A DNA stretch of 64,000 nucleotides from the human T2T-CHM13v2.0 reference genome, Homo sapiens. Both the position numbers and the translations under genes were made by a program. Under the pieces are notes generated by a model, which was not told where the DNA came from, did no database searches, and was given only the letters and a program-made list of their open reading frames with translations. The DNA lies in NCBI RefSeq assembly GCF_009914755.1, contig NC_060925.1; one strand, given 5' to 3'. Positions 43,499-55,040 of the stretch are shown piece by piece; position 1 is the first letter of the stretch; each line of letters opens with the position of its first letter.

Positions 43499-44140
43499 CT
43501 GTGCATAAAAGCACCATCAATGAATAGTTTTCTATCAACTGACTCTAGTTATACATGCATGTACCTCTAAATAAAACCAACCAGGCAGGAAAGAAACAAT
43601 ATTAGCACATATTGCTTTATCCAAGCGTAACCTGTTCTGTCCTGTTACCCAGATCCTTCCCCCTTGCCTTCTCCTCTCTGATCCATTGCCACACACGTGG
43701 GAAGGTGACAACCCTTCCGAATAAAAATGAAAGCTTTCTTCTTTAGATGGAACCCCCAAATTCCCTCATTATTTATAATGTCAGGCTGTCCTGGACAAGG
43801 GAAGCTGTGCACCCGCTGACACCAGTAAGAAGGTTGCCGCCATATCAGAGATGTCCGCGGACACCTCCCTGGGCTCCGGGTCCTCCCCTGCGCTCGCCTG
43901 GAGTGGGACCTTCGCGTGCACACTGGCCTTCCCACGCGCCCCGCTGCGATGGCACCCGCGCCGGGCCCCCTAGCTCACACAGTCGGAGCGTGCTCAGCGC
44001 GTGGCCACCTCCTGCCAGGTCCCAGCCGGGTTCCACCCCCTCCTTTTCCCCTCCTCTTCTTCCTCCCCCTCCGAGTTCCCCTGGCTCTGACCGCGCTGGC
44101 CTGGGCCCGAGAGCCCAGGAGGCGTGTCTCAGAGAAAAGA

Positions 44141-44146
44141 TATAAG
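44141..44146 (+). promoter_or_regulatory. G0S2 TATA box
   Basis: GATATAAG inside the CpG island, about 30 nt upstream of the inferred TSS (about 44171). Confidence 0.8.
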
Positions 44147-44170
44147 CGGCCCCCGGACGCTAAAGCGGTG

Positions 44171-44306
44171 CCAGCGGCGGAGTCTCCAACTGGGAGAGCT
44201 GCAGCTGCCGAGAGGAGGAGAACGCTGAGGTCGGTCGGACCAACGGACGCGCTGACCGCTGCCAACTGCAGCTCGCGCTGCCTCCTGCTCGCGCCGTGCC
44301 ACTAAG
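44171..44306 (+). other. G0S2: G0S2 non-coding exon 1 (TSS approximate), followed by a 103-nt intron at 44307-44409
   Basis: Donor AAG|GTAGTC at 44307. Pyrimidine tract and CTGCAG| acceptor at 44409. Confidence 0.88.
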
Positions 44307-44441
44307 GTAGTCCGCCTTTCTATGAGCCCTCCCCAAGATTAGCTGGGTGCGGGGTGGTGGGAGCCGTTCTTTGGTGGCTGAAGCCCCTCTCCTGCTGCTC
44401 CTCCTGCAGGTCACTCCCGCCTCCGAGAGCCCAGAGCCGAG

Positions 44442-44753
44442 ATGGAAACGGTCCAGGAGCTGATCCCCCTGGCCAAGGAGATGATGGCCCAGAAGCGCAA
44501 GGGGAAGATGGTGAAGCTGTACGTGCTGGGCAGCGTGCTGGCCCTCTTCGGCGTGGTGCTCGGCCTGATGGAGACTGTGTGCAGCCCCTTCACGGCCGCC
44601 AGACGTCTGCGGGACCAGGAGGCAGCCGTGGCGGAGCTGCAGGCCGCCCTGGAGCGACAGGCTCTCCAGAAGCAAGCCCTGCAGGAGAAAGGCAAGCAGC
44701 AGGACACGGTCCTCGGCGGCCGGGCCCTGTCCAACCGGCAGCACGCCTCCTAG
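44442..44753 (+). CDS. G0S2: G0/G1 switch protein 2 (103 aa; ATGL/PNPLA2 lipolysis inhibitor)
   Basis: ORF METVQELIPLAKEMMAQKRKGKMVKLYVLGSVLALFGVVLGLMETVCSPF...RQHAS with a central hydrophobic segment. Strong Kozak GAGATGG. Confidence 0.99.
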   Translation: METVQELIPLAKEMMAQKRKGKMVKLYVLGSVLALFGVVLGLMETVCSPFTAARRLRDQEAAVAELQAALERQALQKQALQEKGKQQDTVLGGRALSNRQHAS

Positions 44754-45122
44754 GAACTGTGGGAGACCAGCGGAGTGGGAGGGAGACGCAGTAGACAGAG
44801 ACAGACCGAGAAGGAAGGGAGAGACAGAGGGGGCGCGCGCACAGGAGCCTGACTCCGCTGGGAGAGTGCAGGAGCACGTGCTGTTTTTTATTTGGACTTA
44901 ACTTCAGAGAAACCGCTGACATCTAGAACTGACCTACCACAAGCATCCACCAAAGGAGTTTGGGATTGAGTTTTGCTGCTGTGCAGCACTGCATTGTCAT
45001 GACATTTCCAACACTGTGTGAATTATCTAAATGCGTCTACCATTTTGCACTAGGGAGGAAGGATAAATGCTTTTTATGTTATTATTATTAATTATTACAA
45101 TGACCACCATTTTGCATTTTGA

Positions 45123-45128
45123 AATAAA
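45123..45128 (+). terminator. G0S2 polyadenylation signal (mRNA end about 45150)
   Basis: AATAAA after an AU-rich 3'UTR, followed by GT-rich downstream sequence (GGTGTGGTGTCC). Confidence 0.85.
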
Positions 45129-46614
45129 AAACTTTTTATACCATATCTCATGTAATTCCTGAGAGGTGTGGTGTCCTGGGGTGGGAAGCAGGGAGGGTGA
45201 GCAGGTGGGCGATGGTGATGGGTTCTTACCTGAGCACTGCAGAGGGAGCAGCTTCCTGAGGGTCAGACACTTGCTTCACACCTAGGAACTGTGTAATAAG
45301 TTACTACATGCATATAAGTCTGTTGAGGACTTGTTTTTCCTTCTTGTTAGGGGTGGGAAGAGAGAAAATTTTATAACTTCCGTGAGATTTAGCATTTTAA
45401 CATCAAAAGGTAGATCAACTTCTGAGCTAGAGTGAGTAGGAGATAACTGATTAATTCTAAGGCAGAAAAGCTCTTTGTTCCTTACACCTGTGCACCAGAG
45501 GTTCCCATGGCTGATACCTTTTTCTTCCCAACTATATTTTAGACAGAGAGACAGAGAGAAGGAAAGAAAATGAAGGAGGGAGGTCTGGAGGTGAAGGGAA
45601 GGAAAGAAAGGAAAAACTATCTACCTGGCAGGAAAAGAGATAAGCTCCCAAGAACACCAAAGCAGATGATGAGTCTAGCTCTACCCAGCCTTCCTCCCCA
45701 CGAATCCAGATCATAGTAAGAAACTCTGGGCTAGAAAGAGAAAAAAACCGGTTGTTACATATCTGAGTCCTCCTCCTCCAGTGTACAGAGCTTCATCTGT
45801 AGTAATAGCTAATTCAGTGACTCTATAGGGCTCAGCAAAACAAATTTTAAACTTTAAAGAAGTAGCCAGGAGCCAGAGGCATGGCCTTGATGCTAGTCTC
45901 CTCACATTTTTCATGTCACCTGTCCTAATCAGGTACTGACACTTTACTCCTTTCATCAACAGCTATGCATTTTTGCCAAACATATCACTGGCTCACACCA
46001 TTGCCTCTGCTCAGACTCTCTCCTTCGTCCAATGCCCTACACACATCTCCATTTCATTTCTGCCAACTCAATTCCTACCAAGTGTTCCTGGCCCTGATCA
46101 AAAGCCATCTCTTTCTGAAATCTATTCTTATCACTCCCAAAGGAAAAAAGCAATCAGAATGTGGTAAGATTAATCAAGGAAAAGAAACATATTTGGAGTT
46201 TTAAAGGAAAAGAATGTCAGTGGCACCATGGCTCTCCCAGTTTCCAAAATGGGAAATTCAGCCCTATACCAAGGCAGAGCCTCACTTTCAATGTCCAAGA
46301 AACTTCCTAGGAACTGACTCAATTTTATCCTTCCTGCTGGTCTTCCAAAATGCCTCTTTTATTAATTACTCCTTTACCCATTCAGTTACCACCTTGTCTG
46401 GCTCTCAACCGCTCAAGCCACCCCCTGCACCTTCTAGCACATTCACCCTAAACAATCCCTTGTCAGACTGTCTTCCTTTAATATCTTTCATTCTGCTGCT
46501 CCTGAACTCAAAAACATCTGAGACTAAAACTCTTATGCCAGGTTTCAGTGCCTCTGTGATGTGCTTCCATCACAGCTGGCCGTCTTGCCTGATTTGTCAG
46601 GGTGCCTAGCATGA

Positions 46615-47099
<485 letters not shown>

Positions 47100-47501
47100 T
47101 AACGCGTATGTTTTGAAAGGTTGCCTATACATAAAAAAATAAAGTTCCCTAAATATATAAGTATGCCTATATGTTTTTGTGTAGAAGGAAATTCCCCATG
47201 CCTATTTATATTCAAATTACCCAACCCAATCAAATCCGAGCTATTGAAATCTCTGTTCTCACTGGTCTTCTCAATTCTCTGAGTTCTTATAGGCCGTACA
47301 GCCTGAGTCTCATACCACATCACTCAGTAATGGGCTTTTTTTCTTCCAGTTGTTCTGTGGGCTTGGTCATGTCTCTTACAGTATAATCTTCTTGAAGTAA
47401 AGGACCATGTCTTCTTCAGTGTTCACAGAAATCATTAGGTCCTAGGCAAATAGTAGGTTCTTAATAAATACTTGATTGTTTAATCATTTATGAGGCTAGA
47501 G

Positions 47502-47723
47502 CAGTGATTGTAAATGAAAGGAGAAGCAATTTTGTCCCTCCAGAGAACATTTGACAGTCTAAAGACATTTCTGGTGTCTGGGTGAGGGGAGGGGGCAGGA
47601 CTGCAAGCATCTAGAGGGTAGAAGTCAGTGGGCTGTTAAACATGTTCTAATGCACAGGACAGCCCCCAACACAAAGAATTCTCCATTCCAAAATGTCAAT
47701 AGGGCAGAAGTTGAAAAATTCTG
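47502..47723 (+). mobile_element. MER20
   Basis: AATGCACAGGACAGCCCCC...CAAAGAATT...CCAAAATGTCAATAG...GTTGAAAAATTCTG. Confidence 0.8.
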
Positions 47724-48129
47724 GGTTAGAGGAAAGTAAGGAAAAAGGATTTGCTTAATAATTTCAGAATCGAAGTTATGAGGTGGTCTCACAAGGCTCT
47801 GTCTGGTTACAATCAAACATGTTCCTCCCCCAACACAGGAACAAAAATTGTCTTTTTTCCTATGCTGCTTGGTAATTTTACCAACAACCTAGGAGAGGTA
47901 GCAGAAGGTATACTTATCAGTTCTGTTGGTGACACAGAGCTGAGACAGCACAGTCAGAACTCAAAACAACTCAATAGGCTGGAACCACGCATCGAAGAAA
48001 AACCAACTGAAACCGAATAGGGAAAAAGATACAGTACAGAATTCAGATCCAAAAAACCAATTGCACAACCACAGAATTTGAAAGACATATTCTAGCAGCA
48101 GATCATGTGAAAAAGATCTAGAGTTTTTT

Positions 48130-50075
48130 GAAATTTTTAATTGACTCATTATAATTGTACATATTTATGGAGTACAATTTGATGTTTCCATACATGAACA
48201 CATTGTATAATGATCAAATCAAGGTATTTAGCATAGCCATTGCCTCATGCATTTATCATTTCCTTGTGGTGAGAACATTCAAAAGCTTCTCTTCTAGCTA
48301 TTTTGTAATATACAATACCTTACTGTTAACCATGGTCACCCTACTGTGCAAAAGAACTCCAGAACTCTTCCTCCTAATTGAAACTTTGTACCCCTTGACC
48401 AGCCTCTCCTCATCCTCCCCTCCCCTATCTCCCCCCAAGTCTCTGTTAACCACACTGATCTACTCTATACTTCTATAAGATCAGTAAATATACACATATA
48501 TATATATATTCCACATTTAAGTGAGATCATGTGCTATTGGCTATTCGTCTTTCTGTGTCTGGCTTATTTCACTTAACATAACATCCAGGTTCATCCATTT
48601 TGTCTCAGATGACAGGATATCATTGTTTTCCATCGTTGAATAGTATTCCATTGTATACATATACCACATGTTCTTTATCCTTTCATCCACTGCTGGCAAC
48701 TTAGGTTGATTTCAAGTCTTGGCTATTGTAAACAGTGCTGCAACAAATATGGGAGTACAGATATCTCTATATACCCACCAGTGGGAATGCTGGATCTTAT
48801 GGTGGTTTTACTTTTAATCTTTTAGGAACCTCCATGCTGTTTTCCATTCCATTAGGAGCTGTGCTAATTTACATTCCCACCAACAGGGTATAAGCATTCC
48901 CTTTTCTCTACATCCTCACCAACACTTGCTTTCTTTTGTCTTTTGGTAAGAGCTATTCTAACTATAGTGAAGTAGTATTTAATTGTGGTTTTGACTTGTA
49001 TTTCCCTGGTGATCAGTGATGTTGAACATTTTTTTTTCATATGCCTGTTGGCCATTTTTATGTCTTCTTTTGAGAAATATTAAGGTATTTTGCCCATTTT
49101 TAAAATTAGGTTACTTGGGTTTCTTTTGCTGTTGGGTTGTTTGAGTTTCTTATACATTCTGGATATTAACCCTTCATCAGATATATAGTTTGCAAATATT
49201 TTCTCCCATTCTGCAGGTTGTCTCTTCACTGCTAATTGTTTCCTTTGCTGTGCACAAACTTTCCAGTTTGATGTAATCCCATTTGTCTATTTTTGCTTTG
49301 ATTGCCTATGTTTCTGAGGTCTTATCTAAAACTTCTTTGCCTAGTCCAATGTCTCAAAATATTTCCCCATATCATCTTCTGGTAGTTTCATAGCTTCTGA
49401 TTTTATGTTTAAATCTTTAATCCATTTTGAGTTGATTTTTATAGGTATGCGTGACGTAACAATGGGGCTACATTGTGAGAGATGCTTTACTAGGCGATTT
49501 TGTCATTTGCACAAACATCATGGAGTCTACTTAAAACATACCTAGATAGCATAGTCCACTACATACCTAGGCTATATGGTGTAGACTATTGCTCCTAGGC
49601 TATAAACCTGTATGGTATATTACTGTACTGAATATTGTAGGCAATTGTAACATAATGGTAAGCATTTGTATACCTAAACATATCTAAACATAAAAGGTAC
49701 AGTAAAAATACATTATTATAATTTTATAGGACTACCATCATATATACAGTCCCTCATTGGCCAAAATGTTATGTGGCATATGACCTGATATGGTGAGAGG
49801 TCAGGATCTAGTCTTGTTCTTCTGCAGGTGGATACCAAATTTTCCCAGCACCATTTATTGAAGAGACTGTCTTTTCCCCAATGTGGGCTCTTGGCAACTT
49901 TGTTGAAAATCAGTTGGCTGTAGGTGAGTGAATTTATTTCTAAGCCCTCTATTCTGTTCCATTGGTCTATATATCTGCTTTTATGCCAGTATCATGCTGT
50001 TTTTGTTATTATAGCTTTGAAGTTTATTTTGCAGTCAAGTAGTATGATGCCTCTAGTTTTGTTCTTTTTGCTCAG
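48130..50075 (-). mobile_element. L1MA-type LINE-1 3' fragment (ORF2 end plus 3'UTR) interrupted by a Tigger element
   Basis: Reverse L1 hallmarks. ORF 48864..49055 ([24 protein letters not shown]...) is the L1 ORF2 C-terminus. Confidence 0.9.
49443..49787 (-). mobile_element. Tigger3a-like DNA transposon nested in L1
   Basis: CCTAGGCTATATGG...CTATTGCTCCTAGGCTA...TACTGTACTGAATA...GTAGGCAATTGTAACA...AAAAGGTACAGTAAAAATAC. L1 sequence resumes in register on both sides. Confidence 0.8.
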
Positions 50076-51302
50076 ACCTAAAGATTTTTGGTGGTTACAA
50101 GTTCAATAAAAGCCAACGAGGGCTTATAACAGGACTTCTAAAACAAATTAATGCTTCATTAGTAGAAGTATAATGTGCAGAAAAAGAGAAGAGCAGGTGG
50201 CTTTGTTATACTTTGCATTCTGTCAAGATGAAAAACTAAGAGTTTAAATCGGACTGCCTGGATTTGCTTGGGTTTGCATCTTGACTCTCCTATTTGTAGT
50301 TCTAAAACCTGGGAAAGTTATTTACACACACACTGTCTCTCAATTTACTTAAATTCTTTCTTCATCTGTAAAATAGTACCTTCCTCAGGGAAAATTTTGC
50401 TGATTAAATGAGTTAATACACATAGAGTTCTTACAGTAGTACCTTGCATATAGCAGGCTCTATCAGTCAATGAGAGCTATTATTGTTATTGTTAATATTT
50501 TAAGACAAACCTTGACCAAAAAAAATCTACTTAGATTTATTAGAGTGACGAGGGCAAATAAAAGTCCAGAAACTCTATCACATACAAAACAATTGAAGAA
50601 CAATAGAGATATTAGATTCAGTAGCTTTACATGACAATTGCTCCAAATATTCCAAGAGCTGCTATATTGGAGAGGATAAGACTTATCTGGCTCAAAAATA
50701 GAGAACTAGCACTATTAAGCAGGATTACAAGGAGGCAGATATTATATTATTAAGATATCAGAGTAATTAAAAAACATAATGAATTGCCTTGTGATATATA
50801 GTAAGCTCCCCATTACCAAAAGCATTCAAGCAGGGGTTGGAAGTCATCTGCCAGGGATGGTATAAACTGGAGAGGAGATTCCTGGACTTGGAGGTTGCAT
50901 CCAGTTATAAGATGCTAGGATTCTGTCTAATATTACCACCAAAAAGCGGATGTATTTCCCTTTCCAGCCTGTCTGTCTAGATCATCCCTTTCTTTAAATG
51001 CCTCTTTATTCTTTTTCTCAGCATATTGATAAATATGTTTCCTTTTCACTCAATTACTATTAAATGTGATAAATTTAATTCCAAAAATAAATTATTTCTT
51101 GATTAAGCTCATCTAACTAATGCTTTTGCCTTTTATAAAAATACCTTAACCTACTGGTCAAACCTAATAGTCTCAAATTTGGTCATAGTGAAATGCCTAT
51201 TAAAGTTATCTTCCTCTTCACAAAACACCACAAAATTTGATCTATTTATAGAAATAAATATATATAGTTTTGTGCTATATTAGATGCCATCTTGCACTAT
51301 AT

Positions 51303-51766
51303 TGTAATGAAAACAAATAGTAGGTATCAACTGAGAATATTTAAAGTTTCCCACATTCTTAGGAAAATTTGATTGTTCTGTAGTCATGCTAACCTGAACT
51401 AGTAGAAAACCCAGTGGCTTAATCAATGACAATTCACCTGTTAAGCTTTTAGAAGCCAACCAATCAGTGATAGGCCCTCACTTCTGAGAGTCAACCAATC
51501 AGGAATGAACTCATGCCATTAACTGCATCTCAGAGTGCTAACCAATCAACAAATAGTCATGCTTCTATAGCTGATGTTAGCCCATTTATGTCTGGGAAAG
51601 TACACCAGTCCCTGACCTTCATGCATCCTCGAAACCCTATATGAGATCAGCAGCCTGCTTTTCAGAGAGATTGAGCAGCAAAGCTTGCCCTTACTATAAT
51701 GAGCAATAAGTTTACCATTTTTGTTTTATTTTAGACCTTAAATGGGGGACTCATCATTCTTTGACA
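51303..51766 (+). mobile_element. ERV1-class 5' LTR (family not determined)
   Basis: TG...CA termini (TGTAATG...TTTGACA), three AACCAATCA boxes, TATA-like CCTATATGA and AATAA. Followed by retroviral internal sequence. Confidence 0.65.
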
Positions 51767-53950
51767 ATTCTGGAAGCTCTACTGTGATTGTTTTAAAGAC
51801 CTTCCCTTGGCAATATTCCAGGGAACATGGGACCAACAGGTACACTTACTGGGCTCCTTGTGCCCAAGTGCATTTGTCCTTTAGATCTGCTGCCTGGTGA
51901 GAAAATCTCAATGATAACCTGAGATCTGACTGGTTTCATTAAGTTCTCATTGCTTCTGTGATTTACAAGCAAACAGGTCTTTGTATAAGATCATTATGCC
52001 TAGTTCTTTGTATTACATAATTAGAAAATTTAGTCAACAGGTGCACATTTTAGTAAACAATTACACCTAGACCCTTGTAAAAGGTCATTAGGCATTTTGT
52101 TTGGGAGGTACACCATTGAGTAATTGGACATAGGTCTTGGTATAAGATCATTTGATATTTTGTGTGGGAAGTATACCACTGGGTAGTTCAACACAGGTCT
52201 TTTTATAAGTTCATTAGACCTTTGGTTTTGGAGGCATAAATATTTTTACCATTAAACTGTTTATTCCCCTCCTACTCTCTGTTTACTTTTGCTTGTCTAT
52301 ATTAAAAAATCTTATTGTATTTTTTCTGTATTGTCTTATTTCTGATATAAGGGAGTGTTCCAGAGGAAATGAATGGAGATATATACTCCATAAGTTACCA
52401 ATCCAATCCAAGCTAGTCCTCAGCGATAACATTTGGAGGTCCAGTAAACTGAAAACCAATTTGGGAAAAGGCAATTGGTCAGATCTACAAAAAACTTTGA
52501 TGAGAGCATGCCCTGTCTTGTCAGTCTGTGATAGGACACTTTTAGTTTGTACACTGGGGTGAAAGATTTTGTCAGGTCATTAATTATGTGGTCCTTTCTA
52601 ACCTTTGCTTAGAAAGGGAACCCAAGATAGCATTCACAGGCACACACTTTTACTCAGTGGCATCTCTTGTTCTTCTTGGTTTCTTCCATGTCAAAGCTGC
52701 AGTCTCCACTGGAAGAACTCCTGCTTTCCATATAAAATTGCCATATAATCCTAACTCTTGTACTTATTTTGGTAAACTGCAAAAATTAATGTTAGAATAG
52801 CAATGGCCATCACGTAGAACTTCTGACATGTCAAAATGAATAAATTAAGATATTTAAGAGGAGGCCCAGAAAAATTAGGAGACAAAGCCCCAAAGAGGCA
52901 ATAGTCAGCTTCTTTCATTGGTAAGCTAAGGCTTCAAAATAAAATTTTAACTTGAGAATGGTCTCTCTCAAAGACTCTGATACCACCTAAAACCTACCCT
53001 CCTTTCATTTCTCTTTCTACTCAGCTTTACCTGACCTTCAACATGAGACAACCGTTTCTTCTAAGTTTTCTCTGAAAAAGAGTAATCACATTGTAAAACT
53101 GCTAAACCAGAGGGGAGCCCTAAAAAGCTGAATTTAAACCCTGGCCTGGAGCAAAATTAAAAGTTATCATGAAAGATTTTCCTAAGCCTCAGGGGTGGTT
53201 GAGCAGAAATTAGTTAACAATTCAGGATTTTATTAGGTACTTATTGTTCTGGATTAAACATCTGTACCAAATGATTCAGTTAATTGTTAGTCCATCCAAT
53301 AGAGAAAAAAAATTATAAGCAGCAGGGTAAGAAAAAAATTAAATAACTCAGTTGTGCAAAATGAAAAACAAACGCCTTAAGTGGACAAGAAAAACCTTGA
53401 AAATCCAGTACAAAAAGCAATTTCAAAAAAATCTTTCTTTTAAAAGTATGTTAGACAAAGATTAAAAATTGTAAACTAAATGAAAATGAAAAGAGACTTC
53501 AGAAAACTTTCAAAGAGCATTCTGGAGTACACTCAACAGCTGAAATAAAAGAAACATTGTCTTTATTTTTTTCTATTAAAGGGCTCAAATATGAATTCAG
53601 AGATTTAATGAGAAAAAAGTAATTGAAATATGAAACTGACAGCTTAGAAAATATCCAATACATAGCTAGATATTTTCAGAGAGCTCTAGAAAGTAAATAA
53701 GCTAGAAATCAATAGAACGTATGGTTCTCTACATAAAAAAACTTGCCCCGAAATAAAAACAAAGCCAAAAAGTCTTCTATTTTCTAAGAATTGGGAACAT
53801 ATAGAGAGGGGTACTTGTAGATATTGCAAGCAAAAGTGTCATTCAAAGAACCAATGTTCCACGTTGGCTAAGTAACAGAAAGATGACTATCCAAAATCTG
53901 TCTAATGGTGTTTCTCCAAAGGAGACATTAGTACCCAACAATTACAGTCC
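51767..53950 (+). pseudogene. Degraded ERV internal region with gag remnant
   Basis: LE*QWP matrix-like motif (52792), FKPWPGAKLKVIMKDFPKP capsid-like motif (53133-53189), and intact CX2CX4HX4C knuckle CRYCKQKCHSKNQC (53816-53857). Many stops. Confidence 0.7.
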
Positions 53951-54929
53951 TTCCTCGGAGTTTGTGTCCCCAAATCTCAGAGGGGCCAGTCGCTATACTC
54001 TCCATCAGGGCATAGCTACATCTAGCATGGCTTACCACTCTATCCCCAGCCTCTAGCCCAGTGCCTAGCATAGAGTAGATGCTTATTAAATATCTGTTGA
54101 ACAAATGAAGAAATAGAGGAAGAAAGTACATTTTTGTTTTGACATGCTGTAGTCCCTTCCTTAGTCCAGAGATCACAAACCTCTGAATTGGGATGTGACT
54201 CTCTCTGTCATTAATCGGCAAGAATCATGGTAGAATTATTGTCCCTACTTACGGATTCTCTTTCCCTTATACATCCCATTGCAGATTCCTGTCTTCCCTT
54301 TACATCCACTCCAACATCAGCTGATGCAGTCACTAAAATGGTTTATAAGTCACATATGAGATTCCCTAAGGAGTTTATAATTGAGAAATGTGTGGACACA
54401 CAGGCCTCACAGAATGCACTGGATCACTAGAGTCTCTCCTGGTGAAAAGGGAAAACCTGCCCAAATCCAGTTTTTGTTTCAGTAACTTCCTTTGAGACAA
54501 AGTCAGGAATCTGAGAGTAAGCACCTGCTAAGGGTGGGACAGGGGCTCTGTCTGGTATGCCTCTCCCATGTTAAGAGCTAACAATAGTAATGGATAAGTC
54601 TCCAGGGCAACCAGGACCACTTCCAAGCATTCCTGTCTTGGGCTGCCTCGAGGGCTCCTCTGTCCTTTGGGGAGTACTGATTGATGCCTGATGCCCAGAA
54701 CTGGCCCACTCTGGCTTCTCTTTGGAGCTGTCTCTGCAGGCGCCTTCTGGCTGCCAGCTCGGTCCTAGCATAAGGGACTTCTTCCTTGGCCTGGGTTTCA
54801 CCTTCTTGTATCAGGTGGCAGACCAGCTGGTTTCAGTCCCAAATCAGGTCTTCTGACTCCTCCCAGAAACCAACCAACTTCTGAGCAGGAAATCCTGCCC
54901 CTCCCCAAAGAGTGGGAAACCGCAAAGGA

Positions 54930-55040
54930 AGAGAGAGATGAAACAGAAGGAAAGGCAGAGGAGGAGGGAGAGAGAGAGAAGAGAAGAAAAAGAAAAAAGA
55001 ACATCAATAAAAAGAAGTCAGATTTGTTCGAAATCTTGAG
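54930..55040 (+). other. HSD11B1: HSD11B1 distal (P1) non-coding first exon; coding exons are outside the window
   Basis: Purine-rich stretch ending in the strong donor GAG|GTAAGA at 55041. Position about 10 kb downstream of G0S2 agrees with the known gene order. The TSS is approximate. Confidence 0.72.

Larger units (their letters stand above)
43830..44890. promoter_or_regulatory. CpG island over the G0S2 promoter and gene body
   Basis: Sharp local rise in GC and CpG dinucleotides relative to the CpG-depleted flanks. Confidence 0.9.

Noticed and set aside
44410-44441. N-terminally extended G0S2 from an upstream near-cognate codon
   Set aside because: An in-frame TAA at 44303-44305 closes the frame 11 codons upstream of the ATG in the spliced mRNA.
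44160-44744. 194-aa ORF antisense to G0S2
   Set aside because: It is a GC-rich antisense shadow of the G0S2 CDS that crosses the intron, starts at a non-ATG codon and has no recognisable domain.
52588-53900. Domesticated, protein-coding gag gene
   Set aside because: Multiple stops and frameshifts; no ORF longer than about 70 codons spans the motifs.
54805-54825. CTCF-like motifs (also about 6502, 27901 and 44823)
   Set aside because: Only partial matches to the core; these cannot be supported without a PWM scan or ChIP data.
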